Positions 13,116-23,432 of a DNA stretch of 64,000 nt are shown one piece after another. The DNA lies in the NCBI RefSeq assembly GCF_037042905.1, contig NC_087251.1, forward strand, positions 39,310,001-39,374,000, read 5' to 3'. Under the pieces are notes generated by a model that did not search any database, had not been told where the DNA came from, and saw nothing but the letters and a program-made list of their open reading frames with translations. The position numbers were made by a program, and so were the translations under genes. This DNA comes from Lytechinus pictus (Eukaryota). Numbering within the stretch: the stretch's first letter is position 1; each line of letters starts with the position of its first letter.

Positions 13116-14459
13116 TCACACACTTGTCTGCATATACGAAGCCTTTGATCTCCCAATAGGTGCAGCTTGGTTGGTGGAGGCACTACCGATGGGTCTTGGC
13201 TTTTCTTTCATTGGTCCATCTTTGTTAGCTAATTTACCTGGCCTTACACCAGCATTTATCTGTCCATTGATTCTGGGTTTGACGATTGCTGTTGATGTAC
13301 CTGTTGTCTGAGGAGGTGCCGACATAGGTGGCGGAGGAGGTGAAGTCTTCGGATGCCTTGGCGGCGGTTTCTCAACAGGGGTTCTGACCGGACTTGGCAG
13401 AGGACTTGGAGGATCTTCATGTTGCCCGTCGGCTGACTTGGAGTCGGTGTCACTGTTGTAGTGTGATGGTGGTGGACTGGAATGGCCACCGCCGTTGACT
13501 TTGTGCTGTGGGCTGCCGTCACCCTCGGACCCCAACCGTCTGGATGGTGTGCTTCGTCTTGACACGTTCATTGCAGCATCCGCCTCAGGTTCAAGAGAAG
13601 CGATGTCACTGGAAGCAGCTGAATCAGAGGTATGGGTGGTTGCACTGGAGGTTGCCAGGACATCGTCGAAGATGCCCGAATCAGCGGGAGTTGCAGCATC
13701 CTGAGGGGAAGTGGCATTACTCAATGGGCTATCAACAGGAGGATGGCTGACATCCTCAGGGACACCTATAACCAGGTCAGACAAATCAACAAGGGTCTGC
13801 TCCTGGGATGTCTTCTCCGCTTCAGGTGCATCATCTGTCTGTCCATCAAGCAAGTCAAGCAGGAGACTAGTGTTTGATGGACCTTTGGGATAGGGTACCC
13901 GTGGAGGTGGAGTGTCCGTTAGATCAAGTAGATTAACAGGAGGTGGAGCCGTATCTTCATCGATGCTTACATCCACCAATAGATGCTTTTCGGGCTCTGG
14001 CTTTTCTTCCACCCCTTCCTCCTCCTTCTCCTTCGGCTTGTCGACAGCAGCTGAAACCACGGAGGATTCCTCCTCATCCTTCATGGTCATGCCACATTTC
14101 ACACACAACAGGGAGTATTTCTTATTCATTGTCGGCTTGGTGATCGTCTGAGTCCCCTTGTCGTGCAGCAGGACACCACCATCCTTCCCAGTTTTCCGCT
14201 TCCTCGTGGTCGGCACAAGCTTCTCCATTTCCTTCTTCTCTTCTTCTTCCCTCCGTTGCATGGCGCGGGCCACGACATGAGCAGGGACGGAGTTATAGGT
14301 CCTGGCAGCAATCAAGCCATTAGAGACACTAGTACCTGAGCTTGACAGAAGAGGATGGCTACTATTGGATTCGGTAGGAGATGTTGGCGATGGTTGGAAC
14401 ACACCCTTGTTGATCTCACCCATGATTTGGTGGACATAGTATTGCAGGTCTTGTGGAAG
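13116..14459 (-). CDS. BEGAIN: BEGAIN/TJAP1-family protein, terminal coding exon (447 aa, mostly disordered Pro/Ser/acidic)
   Basis: Minus-strand CAG acceptor at 14462-14460, phase 0, LPQDLQYYVHQIMGE...YNSVPAHVVARAM...SYMQTSV*. LPQDLQ and SVPAHVVARAM resemble BEGAIN LPSDFQ / SVPTCVIAKVL as I recall them. Probably the single co-ortholog of BEGAIN and TJAP1. Confidence 0.85.
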   Translation of the reverse strand, partial: LPQDLQYYVHQIMGEINKGVFQPSPTSPTESNSSHPLLSSSGTSVSNGLIAARTYNSVPAHVVARAMQRREEEEKKEMEKLVPTTRKRKTGKDGGVLLHDKGTQTITKPTMNKKYSLLCVKCGMTMKDEEESSVVSAAVDKPKEKEEEGVEEKPEPEKHLLVDVSIDEDTAPPPVNLLDLTDTPPPRVPYPKGPSNTSLLLDLLDGQTDDAPEAEKTSQEQTLVDLSDLVIGVPEDVSHPPVDSPLSNATSPQDAATPADSGIFDDVLATSSATTHTSDSAASSDIASLEPEADAAMNVSRRSTPSRRLGSEGDGSPQHKVNGGGHSSPPPSHYNSDTDSKSADGQHEDPPSPLPSPVRTPVEKPPPRHPKTSPPPPPMSAPPQTTGTSTAIVKPRINGQINAGVRPGKLANKDGPMKEKPRPIGSASTNQAAPIGRSKASYMQTSV

Positions 14460-15342
14460 CTGTTAAGATATAAAAAGAAAATAAATCATTAATCACTGCA
14501 TCATATAATTCCTTAGAACTACATCCTTACTGCTGCTGAGTATTGCCATAAAATTAGAAGTATAAATTTCCAATGTATATTTTATCAACTCATAAATATA
14601 TAAGACTTGATTCTTCCAAAGTTTGAGGTTATCTCTGCATTCTAAACAAATTTCAAGGAACAATGTAAATTTAATGAGAAAGAAATTAAAATGACTTATA
14701 TATAATAGCCAATTTTTTCATATTGTCAACTTTAATTTTTTTAAATGATTATAAATCATGATAAATCACAAAATTTAATGAATTATTTTTACTTATTAGA
14801 TAAAATACATAGAAAAGGAAAAAAAAAACATTATTTTTTCAAATTTAAATTGCAACATATTTAAAACAGTACTCATTTTCCTCCCACTGTATTACTAACA
14901 AGAACAAAGCAAAAGTAATTGATGGTATAAAACTTCAAGGAATGACATCTTCCAGAAAACAACATCAATCTATTCTTGCTGAGGTCTACAAGAGATTATC
15001 TTTGCAACTAGGTAAAATGACAGCGACAGCCTCTGGCAGAGACTATAAAACCTTTGACTGACAAGGGTGCTCTATAGAGAAATCTGGGTAATTAGATTGG
15101 CAATCTCAAGAAGCTAATCTAATTGGGATTAATCCGATCTTACTCTGGCAACTCAATCTGTTAAAGATGTGTTGGAAACCATTCAATTTAGATCCAATAA
15201 ACCAACAGAACAGCAAGTGATTTTAAAGTATTCTATCTTTCTACTTCTCTCTTTATTGAAATTGTGGATTTGATGCCTATAATACTATGAAATCATTGAG
15301 GCCTACCATATACAAAAGCAAAAAAATATAATGAAATTAAAA

Positions 15343-17158
15343 AACAAGTGGAACGCCTGGCAGTCTTGCCTGCATTACGCAATTCGATATAGCAACAGTG
15401 CTGTCTTTTAAAAAACAGCTAATTTATAATTATTCACAGAAGAAAACACTAATATGATAATAAAATATTATGTCCATTGACCCAAACTTCATGTGAAAAG
15501 ACTGGGATGGAATAACACTTGTCATAAGAGTCTTGCACGTAAACTTTAATGTTGACCTCAAAATGAACTTTGACCATACCATGTGACCTCCAAACACAAT
15601 AACATGCAGGTGTCCTAAATACACCTACGAACCAAGTTTGGTATAAAAGTGACTTAGGCTGCAGAGTTATGTGTCATATCATTGACCTCAAAATGACCTT
15701 TGACCTTACCATGTGACCTCTGATTGTGCCATGATATGCAGGTCTCCTCAGTACATCTACAACCCAAGTTTGGGTGAAAAGTGACTTACTGTTGCAGAGT
15801 TATGTGTCATAAGAGAGTCTTGCACATAAACTTTAACATTGACCTGGAAATGACCTTTGACCTTTCATGTGACCTCCGACTGCAGCATTACATGCAGGTC
15901 CCCCAAGTACATCTACCGTCCCAGTTTGGTTGAAAAGTGACTTACGGTTGCGGAGTTAGGTGTCATAAGAGAGTCTTGCATGTAAACTTTAACGTTGACC
16001 TGAAAATGACCTTTGACCTTAACATGTGACCTCTGACTGCAGCATAACATGCAGGTCCCCTCAAGTACATCTACCGTCCAAGTTTGGTTGAAAAGTGACT
16101 TACGGTTGCGGAGTTATGTGTCATAAGAGAGTCTTGCACATAAACTTTAACATTGACCTGGAAATGACCTTTGACCTTTCATGTGACCTCCGACTGCAGC
16201 ATTACATGCAGGTCCCCCAAGTACATCTACCGTCCCAGTTTGGTTGAAAAGTGACTTACGGTTGCGGAGTTAGGTGTCATAAGAGAGTCTTGCATGTAAA
16301 CTTTAACGTTGACCTGAAAATGACCTTTGACCTTAACATGTGACCTCTGACTGCAGCATAACATGCAGGTCCCCTCAAGTACATCTACCGTCCAAGTTTG
16401 GTTGAAAAGTGACTTACGGTTGCGGAGTTAGGTGTCATAAGAGAGTCTTGCATGTAAACTTTAACGTTGACCTGAAAATGACCTTTGACCTTAACATGTG
16501 ACCTCTGACTGCAGCATAACATACAGGTCCCCTCAAGTACATCTACCGTCCAAGTTTGGTTGAAAAGTGACTTACGGTTGCGGAGTTAGGTGTCATAAGA
16601 GAGTCTTGCATGTAAACTTTAACGTTGACCTGATAATGACCTTTGACCTTAACATGTGACCTCTGACTGCAGCATAACATGCAGGTCCCCTCAAGTACAT
16701 CTACCGTCCACGTTTGGTTGAAAAGTGACTTACGGTTGCGGAGTTAGGTGTCATAAGAGAGTCTTGCATGTAAACTTTAACGTTGACCTGATAATGTCCT
16801 TTGACCTTAACATGTGACCTCTGACTGCAGCATAACATGCAGGTCCCCTCAAGTACATCTACCGTCCCAGTTTGGTTGAAAAGTGACTTACGGTTGCGGA
16901 GTTAGGTGTCATAAGAGTCTTGCATGTAAACTTTAACGTTGACCTGAAAATGACCTTTGACATTACCATGTGACCTCTGACATTACCATGTGACCTCTGA
17001 CAGAATCATAACATGCAGGTTCTCCAAGTTCATCTACCATCCACATTTGGTTGAAAAGTGACTTACGGTTGCGGAGTCATGCATCATACGCTTTTTGACG
17101 GACGGACAACATTTGGATCCCTTAGTCTCGCCTTCACCTCTGGAGGGCGAGACAAAAA
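15343..17158 (+). mobile_element. Non-autonomous Helentron/HINE-like element with internal ~157-bp satellite
   Basis: AACAAGTGG start with subterminal GTCTTGCCTGCA; GACGGACGGAC microrepeat; terminal hairpin GTCTCGCC...GGCGAGAC (17125-17153) plus A-run. Confidence 0.75.
15520..17080. repeat. Tandem array of ~157-bp units (~10 copies)
   Basis: CATGTGACCT recurs at 15580, 15710, 15866, 16023, 16180, 16337, 16495, 16653, 16811 and 16967. Confidence 0.95.
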
Positions 17159-17694
17159 TGACTCCATATTCTTCTTGGGGTAATGGAACAAAGAACACTG
17201 AGTTGCCCTGCATGCAGGAAGACTTCAAAAGTGCTTTGAAAACTGTAGTGTCTAGGACTCGTATCACGATCATCATTCCAGGACAACGGAAGCTCTTACA
17301 ACCTCAAATAAGGAATGATTACAAGTGACATTTGCATTTGGTCAAGTTACAGGAATTATACATATCATGTCACTTTCACGCTCCAAATGTCTTTTCATGA
17401 TTATCCGAGTACGGTTATACAAGCTATCAAGGGTGTTAAAGGTGGAATGATTTCTTGAACTAGCACCAGACAAATTAGTTTTTAAAAAGTGATTGTTTTA
17501 TTTTAAAGTTGATTCTGACATTGGTGATCATTTTTTCAAAAGACATGATCTTATGCTTTTTTTGGGGGGGGATTTTGGAACTACTCAACTATATCTGAGG
17601 TAATGTATATGGACATGACATTTCCCAGCCCTGATGCTATACATGTATAGCTACCCCTTGTAAGGGACCCAAGAAGGTATACAAATGGCAATGT

Positions 17695-17738
17695 GATAGT
17701 GATGAAGATGATGACTTAAGAGATGATGATGATAATGG

Positions 17739-17769
<31 letters not shown>

Positions 17770-17785
17770 GATGATGGTGGTGGTA

Positions 17786-17836
<51 letters not shown>

Positions 17837-18030
17837 ATGATGATGATGGTGGTGATGATGATGATGATGATGGTGGTGATGATGATGATGGTGATAGTGA
17901 TCATGATGCTGTTTATATTGTTGGTGATGGTCACGATAGTGAGGGTGATGTAAAGGGTGAAGAAAATGATGATGATGATATTTATGATAATGACGTTCAT
18001 GGTGGTGATGAGGATGATGCTGAAACTGAT
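17695..18030. repeat. Compound (GAT/GGT)n microsatellite
   Basis: Directly visible; ends ~30 bp from the splice donor at 18055-18060. Confidence 0.95.
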
Positions 18031-18060
18031 GAAGAAAATTAACTAAAGGTGATAACTTAC

Positions 18061-18147
18061 TTGGCTAACTTTATGTTGCATATACGCTCCCGATGGCGTA
18101 CACTGTAATAGTTGAACAGCTAGATCACAGTCTTTCTTGTATCGATT
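18061..18147 (-). CDS. BEGAIN: BEGAIN/TJAP1-family internal exon
   Basis: CAG acceptor (18150-18148), GTAAGT donor (18060-18055), 87 nt, phase 0/0: NRYKKDCDLAVQLLQCTPSGAYMQHKVSQ, compare BEGAIN YRKDCNLAAQLLQC...HKVSE and TJAP1 RYRLDCNLAVQLLKC. Confidence 0.92.
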
Positions 18148-18717
18148 CTGTGAAGACAAAAACAAAATGAGTTAATTGCCATGAAAACTTTTGGTAACAA
18201 CAAATATCACTTTCATCAGTAGACTCCTGTATTGTGAACTTTTCTCACTTGTAAATGAGAAATTCATTTCATCAAATCTGTTTAAACATTGAATTTCATG
18301 AGATAAAGCTAAATTTGATATTTTAACTTAAAATTTCATTCTACCCAAGGAAAATATCACACCCTAAATCATTTAAACAAGTGTTGCCAGTCTCCCTCTC
18401 TTTCCATTGTTGTCTTTTTCTCTCTCTCTTAATCTCTCTTTCCCCAAGTGATCTTCCATCCTATCTTCTTTCTTCTTTTGCAATTTCAGAGGGCAATTTT
18501 CAATATTTTTTTTAATGGGTGGGGATGGGAATGTAGAAATATCTTTGTCCCATGTATTTGGGGTTCACTGCCTCAACAAAGTGCAAACTAGTTAACAAAT
18601 TTTTCGGCACCACTCCTATTTGTTTAAGATCAGTATGCTCGATCCGTAATGAAAATCATAAGATCAGTATGCTCGATCTGTAATGAAAATCATAAGATCA
18701 TAAGTCAGAAAAAATTG

Positions 18718-18789
18718 GAACCAGTGGGATTCGAACCTGCCATCTACTGCTTTCCGGGCAGCGACTCAACCACCAGGCTATTCTGGTTC
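18718..18789 (-). ncRNA. tRNA-like cassette in the inverted copy
   Basis: Reverse complement of 18958-19029. Confidence 0.6.
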
Positions 18790-18957
18790 ACGGCTAAAAA
18801 AACGACAAAAAAATTTGTTAACAAGTTATGATTTCCTCCTATAAAAAGCCTCTTAATTTACTATCTATTGTCCACGGCGGACGGCATTTGAATATCAATG
18901 AGTCAGAAAGAAGAGGATCGAGGGTATTTGAATTCCAGTTCATCGTGGCTTAGCCGT

Positions 18958-19029
18958 GAACCAGAATAGCCTGGTGGTTGAGTCGCTGCCCGGAAAGCAG
19001 TAGATGGCAGGTTCGAATCCCACTGGTTC
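18958..19029 (+). ncRNA. tRNA-like Pol III cassette (pseudo-tRNA, GGA in anticodon position); repeated in all 8 units
   Basis: A-box-like TAGCCTGGTGG (18967), B box GGTTCGAATCC (19010-19020), terminal stem GAACCAG/CTGGTTC, stem GCTGC/GCAGT around loop CCGGAAA, T6 at 19033-19038. The T-stem is mispaired and position 33 is C, so it is not a canonical tRNA. Confidence 0.65.
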
Positions 19030-22000
19030 CAATTTTTTCTGACTTATGATCTTATGATTTTCATTACAGATCGAGCATACTGATCTTATGATTTTCATTA
19101 CGGATCGAGCATACTGATCTTAAACAAATAGGAGTGGTGCCGAAAAATTTGTTAACAAGTTATGATTTCCTCCTATAAAAAAGCCTCTTAATTTACTATC
19201 TATTGTCCACGGCGGACGGCATTTGAATATCAATGAGTCAGAAAGAAGAGGATCGAGGGTATTTGAATTCCAGTTCATCGTGGCTTAGCCGTGAACCAGA
19301 ATAGCCTGGTGGTTGAGTCGCTGCCCGGAAAGCAGTAGATGGCAGGTTCGAATCCCACTGGTTCCAATTTTTTCTGACTTATGATCTTATGATTTTCATT
19401 ACAGATCGAGCATACTGATCTTATGATTTTCATTACGGATCGAGCATACTGATCTTAAACAAATAGGAGTGGTGCCGAAAAATTTGTTAACAAGTTATGA
19501 TTTCCTCCTATAAAAAGCCTCTTAATTTACTATCTATTGTCCACGGCGGACGGCATTTGAATATCAATGAGTCAGAAAGAAGAGGATCGAGGGTATTTGA
19601 ATTCCAGTTCATCGTGGCTTAGCCGTGAACCAGAATAGCCTGGTGGTTGAGTCGCTGCCCGGAAAGCAGTAGATGGCAGGTTCGAATCCCACTGGTTCCA
19701 ATTTTTTCTGACTTATGATCTTATGATTTTCATTACAGATCGAGCATACTGATCTTATGATTTTCATTACGGATCGAGCATACTGATCTTAAACAAATAG
19801 GAGTGGTGCCGAAAAATTTGTTAACAAGTTATGATTTCCTCCTATAAAAAGCCTCTTAATTTACTATCTATTGTCCACGGCGGACGGCATTTGAATATCA
19901 ATGAGTCAGAAAGAAGAGGATCGAGGGTATTTGAATTCCAGTTCATCGTGGCTTAGCCGTGAACCAGAATAGCCTGGTGGTTGAGTCGCTGCCCGGAAAG
20001 CAGTAGATGGCAGGTTCGAATCCCACTGGTTCCAATTTTTTCTGACTTATGATCTTATGATTTTCATTACAGATCGAGCATACTGATCTTATGATTTTCA
20101 TTACGGATCGAGCATACTGATCTTAAACAAATAGGAGTGGTGCCGAAAAATTTGTTAACAAGTTATGATTTCCTCCTATAAAAAGCCTCTTAATTTACTA
20201 TCTATTGTCCACGGCGGACGGCATTTGAATATCAATGAGTCAGAAAGAAGAGGATCGAGGGTATTTGAATTCCAGTTCATCGTGGCTTAGCCGTGAACCA
20301 GAATAGCCTGGTGGTTGAGTCGCTGCCCGGAAAGCAGTAGATGGCAGGTTCGAATCCCACTGGTTCCAATTTTTTCTGACTTATGATCTTATGATTTTCA
20401 TTACAGATCGAGCATACTGATCTTATGATTTTCATTACGGATCGAGCATACTGATCTTAAACAAATAGGAGTGGTGCCGAAAAATTTGTTAACAAGTTAT
20501 GATTTCCTCCTATAAAAAGCCTCTTAATTTACTATCTATTGTCCACGGCGGACGGCATTTGAATATCAATGAGTCAGAAAGAAGAGGATCGAGGGTATTT
20601 GAATTCCAGTTCATCGTGGCTTAGCCGTGAACCAGAATAGCCTGGTGGTTGAGTCGCTGCCCGGAAAGCAGTAGATGGCAGGTTCGAATCCCACTGGTTC
20701 CAATTTTTTCTGACTTATGATCTTATGATTTTCATTACAGATCGAGCATACTGATCTTATGATTTTCATTACGGATCGAGCATACTGATCTTAAACAAAT
20801 AGGAGTGGTGCCGAAAAATTTGTTAACAAGTTATGATTTCCTCCTATAAAAAGCCTCTTAATTTACTATCTATTGTCCACGGCGGACGGCATTTGAATAT
20901 CAATGAGTCAGAAAGAAGAGGATCGAGGGTATTTGAATTCCAGTTCATCGTGGCTTAGCCGTGAACCAGAATAGCCTGGTGGTTGAGTCGCTGCCCGGAA
21001 AGCAGTAGATGGCAGGTTCGAATCCCACTGGTTCCAATTTTTTCTGACTTATGATCTTATGATTTTCATTACAGATCGAGCATACTGATCTTATGATTTT
21101 CATTACGGATCGAGCATACTGATCTTAAACAAATAGGAGTGGTGCCGAAAAATTTGTTAACAAGTTATGATTTCCTCCTATAAAAAGCCTCTTAATTTAC
21201 TATCTATTGTCCACGGCGGACGGCATTTGAATATCAATGAGTCAGAAAGAAGAGGATCGAGGGTATTTGAATTCCAGTTCATCGTGGCTTAGCCGTGAAC
21301 CAGAATAGCCTGGTGGTTGAGTCGCTGCCCGGAAAGCAGTAGATGGCAGGTTCGAATCCCACTGGTTCCAATTTTTTCTGACTTATGATCTTATGATTTT
21401 CATTACAGATCGAGCATACTGATCTTATGATTTTCATTACGGATCGAGCATACTGATCTTAAACAAATAGGAGTGGTGCCGAAAAATTTGTTAACAAGTT
21501 ATGATTTCCTCCTATAAAAAAGCCTCTTAATTTACAAAGTGCAAACTGTTTTATCTCTTCTGAATTTATCAAAGTTGTCTGCATTCAAGTGTTATCTGTT
21601 ATCAGTTGCCAAAGGCAAAAAAAAGAGTTACTTTCAGGTGAAATACAGCAAAGAGTACATATCACTTACTTCCCACAAATGATTGGCATGTATTTTAAGA
21701 ATCGTATCCATTCAAAACAGACGCATCTTTATATTTTCATGCTTTTCTGGTTTTCATTGAAAGCCTCACTTTGAAAGGGAATCAACCGCAAATGCATTCT
21801 TGACAATAACTTACATACCGATGAGGTAAACCACCATCGCAACAGAATTATTTCATTTAAGTAATTCTCACGCTTTTCATTAAAGAATATGTTCATATCT
21901 AAAGCTGACAGTGGCAGCTCAGAGTTAATGGTTCCTTAGCTGTGTGTGCAGGCAATACAATTAAGGCAGCAGCAGCATAAGCTAAATTGCCTAAACATGT

Positions 22001-22547
22001 CAAAAACATTTAATGGACTAAATATCTCCATATCTCCAATGAATTCCAGCGATTAACTTATTGGCATGTTGAATGAAGTCCGGAAAATTCCCCACTTATA
22101 TTTTGGTGAAAGATTATTTTCACATCTACATTAGGTAGCAATGGTGTGAGCATAAAGGACAAAAGGACTGAGCGGAATGTATCTATGAGGTAATATCATT
22201 AAAAAGCAGTCACGCATATTAAATTTCCTACCAATTCAAAAGCATCTTATGGACTGGACTACAATAAAATAAAATCCCTCCATAACTCCAATGTATTCTT
22301 TTAAAGATCTTCTTGGTATGTCAAATAAAGTTTGGAAAACACCCCCACTTATCAAATATTACTTTCACATTTAGTTTTGATAGCAATAGTTTAAGTACAT
22401 TGTCAAGAGTCAAAGCTGCATCTTTCATCTGGGAATCACGCAAGCAGCCCTGCATTACCAATTCTCACACTTCATCTTATCAATGAAGAATGCAGGAAAG
22501 CCGCAATGAAAAGATGCATCATGCCTTTATAAACAGGATTCTACTAA

Positions 22548-22939
22548 GGCCCCCATTCCACAGAACGGAGACCGTTGAAAGACCACTGAAAGACTTAAAA
22601 TTGATGAGGTCTTACAGCGGTCTTCAAGATCACTGAAATTTGTCATCTCTGTTGAATGGCTCAGAAAGACCACTTAGAGAACTGTGAAAGACTGCTGAAA
22701 GACCGCTGAAAGACCACTGAAAGACCATTTTCTTGTAAGACCGTTGTAAGACTGTTTTGAACCGTTTCAAAAAGTTTTGGAGCCCATGAAGACCACGAAG
22801 ACCGCTGCAAGATTGGTCAGGACTCGTGTAAGACCTCAAAGACCGTTGTAGGTTCATTGAGAGACCTCTGTAAGATCGACCAAAATTCGTGGTCTTTGAA
22901 AGGTCTTTCAGCGGTCTTGCTCTCTGTGGAATGGCCCCT
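22548..22939. mobile_element. PIF/Harbinger-like MITE with internal AAAGACC repeats
   Basis: CCATTCCACAGA / TCTGTGGAATGG inverted ends; TAA on both flanks. Confidence 0.7.
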
Positions 22940-23432
22940 TAAAAGACGTAGCAGAGACTTTTGACAAGGTACATTTAAAGGACATCGCTTAACATGTTGT
23001 ACACCATACTGTACCTTTAAAGTATGCATTAACGCAAAATTTTTTTTTTTAAACTTCTATTTCGTCTAAATGAATGCATGAATTATCTCTTCCCAGTATC
23101 ATCAATTATTGTAATGACAAATCGTTTGCCCTTTTCCTATTAATGAAAGGACATTTTATAATGAAAGCAGTGGATAAGAGCAATGTGGACGTTGTTCATT
23201 AACCTGAATGTACCACATAAAATTCAGGCATGTCTCACAAGGACTTAAGATCAATTCTGATCAATCGCAACTTTGTCATTGACTTCATTTGTAAAACTTA
23301 TAAAATAGAAGTTGAGAAAAATCTGGAGTTGTACTTATGTCAGACTGAATGCAACTCTTTGTAAGAGGAGGCCAAATTCCATCAAATCACTCTTAATGGC
23401 AAAAGATTCAGTGAGATTTTCTTATGATTATA

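Larger units (their letters stand above)
18590..21535. mobile_element. Non-coding insertion: 207-bp inverted copy + 8 tandem 334-bp tRNA-like-containing units + partial unit, 14-bp TSD (Penelope-like architecture)
   Basis: Unit marker GTTAACAAG at 18817, 19151, 19486, 19820, 20154, 20488, 20822, 21156, 21490. 18591-18797 is the reverse complement of 18950-19156. ACAAAGTGCAAACT occurs at 18576-18589 and 21534-21547. Confidence 0.85.

Noticed and set aside
13256..14311. Overlapping short ORFs on both strands
   Set aside because: Shadow frames of the GC-richer BEGAIN-like terminal exon.
17716..18000. Poly-Ile / poly-Met ORFs
   Set aside because: Translations of the (GAT)n microsatellite.
18958..19029. 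Functional tRNA-Ser(GGA) gene cluster
   Set aside because: T-stem mispaired (GCAGG/CCCAC), C at position 33, no long variable arm, acceptor stem out of canonical register.
19040..19180. Canonical hammerhead ribozyme (retrozyme)
   Set aside because: No CUGANGA core on either strand of the unit (CTGATCT, CTGACTT and CTGACTC only), and stem I does not close next to a UH site.
18817..21535. CRISPR-like array
   Set aside because: Units are identical end to end with no unique spacers; eukaryotic intron; no cas genes.
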